Shown in pieces: positions 36,149 to 43,700 of a DNA stretch of 54,536 bases. Source of the DNA: a virus (Duplodnaviria > Caudoviricetes); the IMG/VR virus record IMGVR_UViG_3300038321_000349, positions 1-54,536 of that record, one strand, 5' to 3'. The position numbers were made by a program, and so were the translations under genes. The notes under the pieces were generated by a model. It did not search any database and was not told the origin of the DNA. It worked only from the letters and a program-made list of their open reading frames with translations. The first letter of the stretch is position 1. Every line of letters starts with the position of its first letter.

Positions 36149-36333
36149 ATTTTAATTCATATCCAATAGTCTTAAGCCAATTTGCGACCTCTTCCGATGT
36201 AGCAGATTTTCTTGAAGCGGGTGTGATGAGAGGTACTCTCGGCAAATTTGGGTTGTGCCTTTTCACATCTATTGATAGTTGAAGAAACAATTTGCAAGGC
36301 TTCTTCTAATTCTTCTCTTGTATATTTGTCCAT
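36149..36333 (-). pseudogene. Chimeric remnant: 5' part of one hypothetical gene joined to the 3' end of another
   Basis: ATG 36333 with GAGGTG RBS gives MDKYTREELEEALQIVSSTINRCEKAQPKFAESTSHHT.. (stop 36172); another frame reads PASRKSATSEEVANWLKTIGYELK-stop. Confidence 0.5.
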
Positions 36334-36378
36334 TTCACTTCACCTCAAATCCCGGTTTATTACCCTACAATAGTAGGC

Positions 36379-37014
36379 TTATTTAATCTCCTTTATTTTT
36401 GTCAGATCACCACTACATAGGGTTTCGAGATTGTGAAAAATCTTTGAAGCAGGCCAGTCCCACCACTTTAGTTCCAGTAGATAGCCTATGAGGTTATCAT
36501 CAAATCTTTTCTTAATAATTTTACAGGGGTTCCCTCCTGCGATATGATAGGCGGGAACATCTTTTGTAACAACAGAATTGGCAGCGACGATTGCTCCGTC
36601 TCCTATATGTACGCCAGGCATTACGGTGACATTTTGACCTATCCACACATCATTACCGACAACAGTATCTCCTTTGAAAGGCAAGTCTTTCAGTGACGGA
36701 GTTGCCTTTTCCCAGCCATGTCCCATTATATTAAAAGGATAGGTAGTGACGCTGCACATTCTATGATTTGCACCGTTCATAATAAATTCGATGCCTTTTG
36801 CAATGGCGCAGAACTTTCCAATTATGAGCTTGTCACCTAAAAATTCATAATGATGCGTAACATGTTCCTCAAATCGTTCCGCACCGCTTATATCATCGTA
36901 ATATGTGTAATCATCGACGATAATATTAGGACGGGTGATGACATTCTTGACGTAGCATACGCTTCTTATTTTCTCATTGGGATAAACAGCATTAGGATTA
37001 GGGCCGTATTGCAT
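36379..37014 (-). CDS. vat: Vat-family streptogramin A O-acetyltransferase (xenobiotic acetyltransferase)
   Basis: GPNPNAVYP, YTYYDD, HHYEFLGDKLIIGKFCAIA, NGANHRM, TYPF, KGDTVVGNDVWIG, KWWDW; GGAGGAGG RBS before ATG 37014. Confidence 0.88.
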   Translation of the reverse strand: MQYGPNPNAVYPNEKIRSVCYVKNVITRPNIIVDDYTYYDDISGAERFEEHVTHHYEFLGDKLIIGKFCAIAKGIEFIMNGANHRMCSVTTYPFNIMGHGWEKATPSLKDLPFKGDTVVGNDVWIGQNVTVMPGVHIGDGAIVAANSVVTKDVPAYHIAGGNPCKIIKKRFDDNLIGYLLELKWWDWPASKIFHNLETLCSGDLTKIKEIK

Positions 37015-37037
37015 AAAAATTTCCTCCTCCAGTTTTG

Positions 37038-37199
37038 TTAATTGTTGGGCAGTTGGATGCCACGCCAACCGCTTATATCGCATTGGCCATATTCATTATC
37101 ACCCACAGCAACCACCGTGCCGTCCGACTTAAGGCCGATCGTATGACGACGACCCGCTGCTATGGTATCTTTGAGAATTTTCAATGAAATACAATCCAT
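37038..37199 (-). pseudogene. Single RCC1-repeat mini-gene (53 aa, not in ORF track)
   Basis: Hand translation MDCISLKILKDTIAAGRRHTIGLKSDGTVVAVGDNEYGQCDISGWRGIQLPNN; AAGGGGG RBS. Confidence 0.7.
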
Positions 37200-37288
37200 G
37201 TTTTACCCCCTTGAAAACAAGATTTATTTAATTATAAAACGGCTTTTTGATCATCAAATCCTTAAATATAAGAGTTCGATATATACGG

Positions 37289-37404
37289 CATCCAACCTGA
37301 CCACACAACCTCAAAAACTTCTGAAAAAACATCTAACCTGACCACTCGCGAACGCTGACATCTAACCCGACCACTCACCGAGCTATGACATCTAACCTGA
37401 CCAC
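37289..37404. repeat. Four 16-bp subterminal direct repeats CATCTAACCTGACCAC
   Basis: Copies start at 37289, 37330, 37359 and 37389, each with at most 1 mismatch. Confidence 0.9.
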
Positions 37405-37526
37405 TTAACTATCAAAAACCGCTCTTATGGACTTATTCCCTCGAAGCGATATTTTCATGATTTTACTCAATGGGTTTTACACCCATATGTGCTGAAAGCC
37501 CTGATATATAAGGGTTTTTTACGCTC

Positions 37527-37690
37527 TCACTCTTTCACCCTTGTTATCAATACAACCGTCTCAACATGGCACGAGGCAAGCACCTGAATGTCTGGATTCC
37601 GTACACATTTCCGTCCGTTCGCGGGAACTGCTCTAAGCCGAAAATCGGCGCTTTTACAGGTGCTCTCCGTTTGCGGGAACTTGTCCACAT
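37527..37690 (-). other. att-like junction carrying rlmD/rumA 3' end fragments
   Basis: Minus strand encodes HVETVVLITRVKE-stop (37568-37527); upstream GTGGACAAGTTCCCGCAAACG (VDKFPQT) and CAGTTCCCGCGAACG (QFPRT) resemble the RlmD VDMFPxTxHVE motif. Confidence 0.75.
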
Positions 37691-38100
37691 GCTTTTTCTA
37701 CCTATAATACGGCGGGCAGGAGGGAAGCCATCGTCTCGACCTGCTCTCCTCTGCTCAATCGGTTTATGATCAAGGCCTCAACCCAGTATGCCGTTAACTT
37801 GGTCGGCATCTTGGTCGCTTATCTTGGTCGGTCACCGATCAAGTTGCTTTTTCCTGTACCTCTGATTTCGGCTGTTAGGCTTGTCTATCAAGACCTCATC
37901 TTCGGATACAATGCCCATATGTGCTTTTAGCCCGGAAACCATGCTGTTTCTGGGCTTTTCTTCGTCTCAGAGTATAGAGCAGGATTACGTCTGTGGTCCT
38001 GTATGTATATGCTGCCGTGGCTTCTGTAGTCAAAAGCGACACCCTCCCCCCAATCTGCAATCGTTAAAAGGTATGGCTATCGTTGAAAGGTTACTCGGCG

Positions 38101-38808
38101 TCACCATGCTTTCTCAAGCTCTGACGCCTCGTAGGAATCCACATGTTTTCCGTCATCAAGGGAAACCATTATCAGGTTCCCATTGATGTCAATTATCGTT
38201 CCTTCTTGGCCGCGATACTTCACTCGCACATGATCACCAACTCTAAAGCCAGACGACGACTTGGCTCGGTTTGAATCTCCGAGCACACCGAGAAAAGCAA
38301 ACCATCCTGATTTTTTCTTTCGTTTCTGCTTTTCGAGATTCTTGTTAATCCGGTTCAGGTTGTCCGCAAGCTGTCCCGCACTTTCCGCGAGGTCGTCGAT
38401 CTGTTTCTGAAGAACTCCCGGCTGCCAGATAGCACCTTCATTCGGATCTTGCAGATTGTATCGCTTAGCGATATTTGTTATCACATCGTCCCGAATCTCG
38501 TTATTATTGAGTTCTTCCAGAACCTCCTGCGTACAAGGACCCGTTGCCGCTATCGCGAGAGTATTCAAAAGCTCCTCGTCGCCGATAAATGCAGCAAGCT
38601 CCGCAACCTGAGCATAGGTGAAGGAAAGCTGTACCTTCTCTGCCTTGCGAAGAAGGCGGCGGGCAAGAGCCTCATCTATACATTGGCAGCAATCTACAAT
38701 CTCGGTGGTATCCGCATTTTGAAGGTCGGATATCTGTGAAAGTCTGGAAGAGACAGTGCTATCAGACCAGCAAAGATAACCATCGTAGAATTGTTTCCAG
38801 GTCATCAT
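38101..38808 (-). CDS. Hypothetical protein with coiled coil and C-terminal KOW/SH3-like domain
   Basis: Start overlaps the brxA-like stop; FRVGDHVRVKYRGQEGTIIDI...VSLDDG...ASELEK. Confidence 0.75.
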   Translation of the reverse strand: MMTWKQFYDGYLCWSDSTVSSRLSQISDLQNADTTEIVDCCQCIDEALARRLLRKAEKVQLSFTYAQVAELAAFIGDEELLNTLAIAATGPCTQEVLEELNNNEIRDDVITNIAKRYNLQDPNEGAIWQPGVLQKQIDDLAESAGQLADNLNRINKNLEKQKRKKKSGWFAFLGVLGDSNRAKSSSGFRVGDHVRVKYRGQEGTIIDINGNLIMVSLDDGKHVDSYEASELEKAW

Positions 38809-39518
38809 AAGCTCGCCGTCAGGCTCACTATCATTTCGCCAGCGATGTTCGTGATGGTAAACGTGTCATTCATCATAAGCATTTCCCTCTCAATTTGGTA
38901 TTGGAACGGGAACATATAGCCCATTTCGCGTAAGTCCTGAAGGGTAAAGTTTCCTTTATCTTCGACAGTCATACCGGCACTTGCCAGAAGTGCATTTACT
39001 TTATCGTCTCGCACTTCATGCTTTACGATAGTGTAGCGACCCGGCTTCTCAGCTTTTAAAGCACCAATTGCTTTCATTGTTGCGATGATCTTGTCGATGG
39101 AGTGGAACAGCGTAGCGCGTTCACCCCATTCATCAAAGATCTTCTGCTTTAGTTGCTGGAGTGTAAACTCCTTTTCGAATTCGGAGAGCTTACCAATGAT
39201 CCTCGATACATCTACAAATATCGGATAAGTGGCGAGGATAATACACCAGTGTGCTGCAAGCGAATTATCAGAATCCTTTTCGATAAGAGCCCGTGCCTGT
39301 GTACGTAGAGATTTCGTCTCCGGATTCTCGTAATACCATAAGTTCATCAGAATCTCTCTGGTTTTACGTAAGTTTGTAGGACTCTTGATTTCAAAGCTGA
39401 GGTATTCATTCAGCCTGTCCTTATATTCTTGTTCTGGCAGATTCTCGGATAACAGCTCGACGGCCTTATTAAGCCATGTCATCTTCAAATTTCTCGAAAG
39501 TCCGACCATCTTACCCAT
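38805..39518 (-). CDS. brxA: BrxA-like protein of BREX type 3
   Basis: Position after pglZ, helical 237 aa, RKTREIL..LW and WGER motifs; mostly synteny. Confidence 0.65.
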   Translation of the reverse strand: MGKMVGLSRNLKMTWLNKAVELLSENLPEQEYKDRLNEYLSFEIKSPTNLRKTREILMNLWYYENPETKSLRTQARALIEKDSDNSLAAHWCIILATYPIFVDVSRIIGKLSEFEKEFTLQQLKQKIFDEWGERATLFHSIDKIIATMKAIGALKAEKPGRYTIVKHEVRDDKVNALLASAGMTVEDKGNFTLQDLREMGYMFPFQYQIEREMLMMNDTFTITNIAGEMIVSLTASL

Positions 39519-40986
39519 TGTTATCCACCGCCTTTATTTTAATAAATGGCACGATCACCTCGTCCACCGTTATGCCTCCGTGTGTCATCACCTTGTCACC
39601 TTTCGCATCAAAGGATTTCCCAATGTTGCAGATCAAGTAATCGTACTGCTTGTCAAGAAAGTACTTCGGATACTCGATCATTTCATATTGTTCCTTCATT
39701 TTCTCTTTGTCTGCAAACTTCTCCAGAACCAACATACGATGGCTCTTTGTTTCTGTCTCGACGCCAAGCTTCATCAGTCTCCCCTGACCGACGCATGGAG
39801 TATTACCGTGATCAGCTGATATATAGATATCAAAGCCTTTACTGAGTAGTTTCCGGACAAGTGTCGCGAGCTTTCCGGTACTGGACAGGTATTCCACATC
39901 ACGATACATGCCAGAGCGCCCCTGCTGTTGACCATGAACCATATCATCTATGTCATTGATGATGACGCAACCACACCGAATCGTCGGCCCAAAGTCGGCA
40001 TCGTATCCTCGATGATATTCAACCTGCTCTTTACGCAGGCCAAAGCTTATGGCGCAATCGGTGAATTCCTTACCCTCCTTGCTGGTACTCCACGGGCTCA
40101 AAAGCTGAAGTGGATATTTGCCGGAAACAAGGCTCTGCCGAGAAAGTGATGTGATCGTCGGAATCATGGCAAAAGCCGCAGATCGTTCGTACTTTATGTC
40201 TCCGAAGCTTCGCGACAATATGGTCCAATCAAATTCTGACATTCCGTCCATGACAATAATCACGAACTTGTCACTGTGATTATGTATGTAATCCATCGCG
40301 CCCTTGACGAGCACCGGTGTTTCCCGATCTGAAGTAATCTTTCCTGAAAGCTTGCCGAAGCCTTCAAGTATAAATTTCAAGAATGGTTCCTGTACGAACT
40401 CGGCATTCGCGTCGATCTCATAAGCTGCACAGAAGACATCAATCTCGGATTTTGTCTCCGCGACCTTGATCCAATCCCTATAGTTTTGAGCCTTTTCTGC
40501 CATAACAGAGACATCTTTGATACGCTGCTTCACGTATTTGCGAACATTGTCTCTGCCGTATACAACATTGTCTATGAATTCTTTCGTCTTTTCATACGTG
40601 CAGCAATCGTCATAGAGGCCTTTATACGCCATGCAGAGAAGATCAAAGTTCAGGTCTGCCTTTTCCCGGATGCACTGTGTCTGCAGACGCGGGAAGAGAT
40701 TCATCAAAGAAATACGAAATATGTAAGAGCCACAAGCCTTCAGAACGTCATATGGTATATAAACCTTTGGCGCTGCGAGAATCAGGTACTTATCCTGGCC
40801 GCCTTTGAACTCGTCTTCCCACTCAATTCTGAAGCTCAGGTCATCTTTGTAGCGAATGATCTGGAAACCTCTGTGCTCAAACTCATCTGTATAGTGCGTC
40901 TTTTTTTCAAGGCCGTCCTCATCAATGAAGAGCATGCGTGAAGTGTGGGAAGCATAAGTTTTTTCATATACATATTGTCCGAACAT
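39511..40986 (-). CDS. pglZ: PglZ alkaline-phosphatase-superfamily protein
   Basis: IVMDGMS, PTITSLSRQSL, IDDMVH, ISADHGN, THGGIT.DEVIVPF; GGAGG RBS before ATG 40986. Confidence 0.92.
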   Translation of the reverse strand: MFGQYVYEKTYASHTSRMLFIDEDGLEKKTHYTDEFEHRGFQIIRYKDDLSFRIEWEDEFKGGQDKYLILAAPKVYIPYDVLKACGSYIFRISLMNLFPRLQTQCIREKADLNFDLLCMAYKGLYDDCCTYEKTKEFIDNVVYGRDNVRKYVKQRIKDVSVMAEKAQNYRDWIKVAETKSEIDVFCAAYEIDANAEFVQEPFLKFILEGFGKLSGKITSDRETPVLVKGAMDYIHNHSDKFVIIVMDGMSEFDWTILSRSFGDIKYERSAAFAMIPTITSLSRQSLVSGKYPLQLLSPWSTSKEGKEFTDCAISFGLRKEQVEYHRGYDADFGPTIRCGCVIINDIDDMVHGQQQGRSGMYRDVEYLSSTGKLATLVRKLLSKGFDIYISADHGNTPCVGQGRLMKLGVETETKSHRMLVLEKFADKEKMKEQYEMIEYPKYFLDKQYDYLICNIGKSFDAKGDKVMTHGGITVDEVIVPFIKIKAVDNNG

Positions 40987-40988
40987 TG

Positions 40989-43664
40989 TCACGCCTCCAA
41001 TCTGACAAGGAGGCACAACCTGAATTCTGGATAGACCTCTTGTCCTTTTCTATATCGCTCCTCTACCGTTTCTTTTTCTTTTTCCAGTCGCTGCAGCCGA
41101 GATTTTCTGATGTTATCTATGCCCACATGCTCCGTAGCTTCTGTCCGCAGTTTCAGAGCATACATGTACTTGTCGTAGCTTTCCTTATTTCTTTTTAACT
41201 GCTGATCCTTTAATTCAAGAAACGAATCGTACGCAAATTCTGTGCTCAGCTTTTCGAGCTGTTGATACTCGTCTCCAGTTAGGTTCGGTACGGAACGGAT
41301 AGAAAGTCGTGACGTTCCATCGAGGAATACATCCATAATCCGCTGCCCGGCCATTGGCCGCAGCACAAAATCTTTATTGACAAATACGGGAAGTATTCTC
41401 TGATCCATTTTTTCATCGGTTACAGACAGATCCCAGAGCATGAAGTAACCTTCCTCGTTCGGAAAATCCTGAATCGAAACCGACAATATCGGGGAGAATC
41501 GATCCTGAATCACGTCTGCATTGAGATGCCGCGTAATGCTCTCGTCATTGATACTGATATCCATAATGAGCCGCGGGTCCAATCCCTGCCATGCATCATA
41601 ATAGGTGAGCATCTGGCGCAGAGCGGAATCCACATCAAAGTTCGATTCCTTCCCGACGAGCTTCGTCAGGTCTTTGTCTTCATGAAGCAGGCTCTTGTAT
41701 TTCTGCGCGTTTTTCAGCTCCTGCCGCAGCTCCGATTCTACCGGATATAGATTCTCATCGGATTTTCTATGTGGCCTACTGATCGAGCGCATATAGACAT
41801 CAGTAAAATCAACTTCCGCGACTTCGCTATCAAGGACATCCGAATACTTATCGACGCCCATTTCTTTGAGGATCACAGAGAGCTTTTCTTCCAGCACTTC
41901 CCGTACACGGTTTTCAATCGTCTCTGTTACGATGAAATTGAAAATCTGCACATCTCGCGTCTGACCGATACGATCTACACGACCACAGCGCTGCTCGATC
42001 TTCATCGGATTCCACGGCAAATCGTAGTTGATGATGATATTCGAGAACTGTAAGTTCAGGCCTTCGCCACCGGCATCGGTAGAAATAAAGACGTTCGTAT
42101 TGTCGCGGAATTCCCGAAGTGCCTCGTTACGCTCTTCGATACTCATCCGTCCATTCAGGATTGTCGCTGTATATCCCATAGTCGTTAGCAGTCGCTGGAG
42201 ATATTCCTGCGTAGCCACAAATTCCGTAAAGATGATAATTTTCTGGTTTCTATCTGCGTTTAGGAGAGCGTCTATCGTATTCTCCAGCGTTTCGATTTTT
42301 ACATCCGGGTGCTGGAACTCCGCCTGCTTTGCAACGGCGATGATATTCTCCAACTCGCTGATTTCTTCTTCCATGTCAAGGGACATTGCCAGAAGAGCAT
42401 CCTCGACACCATCTTCGATATCAAGTTCCGCCAAATCCTCCTCGGTAAGAGTTCCCAGTTTGGTATTCTGGGTTTTCAGGATTTCAAGCCGTCTTTCAAG
42501 GCTCTGACGAATTGCTGCCGTGCTGCTTGTCACCATGCGCTGCATGATGATAAGCAGGAAAATCAGGCACATGTTTTTCTTACGATTCCGGAGCGCCTTG
42601 TTATAGGTCTTCGAAACGTAGGACGTGACCATCTCATAGAGCTGTCTTTGATAGGTATGCCGTTCGTCCCAGGTCAGCTCGACCAGATGTGTGACACGGT
42701 TCTTAAACAGCAGATTTCCGTTATTGTCTATAGCCTCGCGCTTCTCTGTACGGATCAGGAACGGAGCAACCTGTTCCTTGACTACGGATTTTGCGTTCGG
42801 AAAGGCATCCTCGTCAAGCAGGCGGACCAGCCGTAGGAAAGGTTCGGTCTTGCCGTTGTGCGGCGTGGCTGTCAGGAGCAGCAGATATGGGCTTGCCTGC
42901 GAAAGTAGATACCCGAGCTTATATCTTGCCACTTCACCGGAAGAACCAGCAACACGATGCGCCTCATCGATGATGATCAGGTCCCAGCCGCTGTTAATGA
43001 TGGAATAAATGCGCTCCTGGTTATATTGCTCGACGCGCTCCTCTGTCCACCCGGCATGTTTTTCGAGAGGCTTGATGGAATCCATCGGCGAGATGACTTG
43101 ATCGTACTGCCCATAGACATCATCGCTGTCCGTAAGCCTGCGAATCGTATCGTAGTCCGACGGCAGAATCACCTGAAACTTCTCGTGGAATTTCTCCTGC
43201 ATTTCCGCAGACCACTGCGTTACAAGGCCGGTCGGGCAGACCACAAGCGTCCGCCTGACCAGTCCTCTTGCTTTCAGTTCCTTGATGACCATGCCAGCCT
43301 CGATCGTTTTCCCGAGGCCGACCTCATCCGCCAGAATATAGCGGATGTTGTTTGTGGACATCACGCGGTTCAGCACATGCAGCTGGTGCGGCAGAGGAAT
43401 GACGCCGCTGGCAAGAGAAGTCAGGAGTCCTCCTGCGGTTTCGTTTTTAATCTTTGACAGAAGCGTGACATAGCGCAGATAATTCTCGTCGTAAGTATTC
43501 GAACCGGACGAATCGCTCAAGCTGTCCGCCATCACCTTATAAACAGTTCCAGTGGACGAATCAAAGACGCGATAGGACACATATCCCCATACTTCGAGCC
43601 GATCGAGAACCTGTACGCTTTTTCCCGTATTCCTGTCAAAGGCGAATTCACCTGCCTTCAGCAT
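40989..43664 (-). CDS. brxHII: SNF2-type helicase BrxHII
   Basis: LPHQ, LADEVGLGKT, IIDEAH, LTATPH, EGLNLQ, PWNP..IEQR.GRVDRIGQ; lies between methylase and pglZ. Confidence 0.85.
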   Translation of the reverse strand: MLKAGEFAFDRNTGKSVQVLDRLEVWGYVSYRVFDSSTGTVYKVMADSLSDSSGSNTYDENYLRYVTLLSKIKNETAGGLLTSLASGVIPLPHQLHVLNRVMSTNNIRYILADEVGLGKTIEAGMVIKELKARGLVRRTLVVCPTGLVTQWSAEMQEKFHEKFQVILPSDYDTIRRLTDSDDVYGQYDQVISPMDSIKPLEKHAGWTEERVEQYNQERIYSIINSGWDLIIIDEAHRVAGSSGEVARYKLGYLLSQASPYLLLLTATPHNGKTEPFLRLVRLLDEDAFPNAKSVVKEQVAPFLIRTEKREAIDNNGNLLFKNRVTHLVELTWDERHTYQRQLYEMVTSYVSKTYNKALRNRKKNMCLIFLLIIMQRMVTSSTAAIRQSLERRLEILKTQNTKLGTLTEEDLAELDIEDGVEDALLAMSLDMEEEISELENIIAVAKQAEFQHPDVKIETLENTIDALLNADRNQKIIIFTEFVATQEYLQRLLTTMGYTATILNGRMSIEERNEALREFRDNTNVFISTDAGGEGLNLQFSNIIINYDLPWNPMKIEQRCGRVDRIGQTRDVQIFNFIVTETIENRVREVLEEKLSVILKEMGVDKYSDVLDSEVAEVDFTDVYMRSISRPHRKSDENLYPVESELRQELKNAQKYKSLLHEDKDLTKLVGKESNFDVDSALRQMLTYYDAWQGLDPRLIMDISINDESITRHLNADVIQDRFSPILSVSIQDFPNEEGYFMLWDLSVTDEKMDQRILPVFVNKDFVLRPMAGQRIMDVFLDGTSRLSIRSVPNLTGDEYQQLEKLSTEFAYDSFLELKDQQLKRNKESYDKYMYALKLRTEATEHVGIDNIRKSRLQRLEKEKETVEERYRKGQEVYPEFRLCLLVRLEA

Positions 43665-43700
43665 ACATTGCCACCTCCAAAAATGTGCAGATCAAAAGCC

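Larger units (their letters stand above)
1..37570 (+). mobile_element. Siphovirus-type prophage (left end outside window) with triple serine recombinase module and terminal cargo
   Basis: Co-oriented replication, packaging, head, tail, lysis and recombinase modules. Right boundary inferred from the rlmD-like 3' remnant at 37527-37568. Organisation resembles the phi-m46.1/phi-SsUD.1-like prophages. Confidence 0.9.

Noticed and set aside
37015-37083. N-terminal extension of Vat given in the ORF track
   Set aside because: A strong GGAGGAGG RBS sits before ATG 37014, and the upstream bases belong to the RCC1 mini-gene.
37289-37404. Possible mini CRISPR array
   Set aside because: Repeats are only 16 bp, spacers are 13-25 bp and uneven, there is no dyad, and no cas genes are in the window.
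37566-38186. Plus-strand ORFs 37566-37769 and 37881-38186
   Set aside because: No RBS or motifs; they overlie the att junction and the end of a real minus-strand gene.
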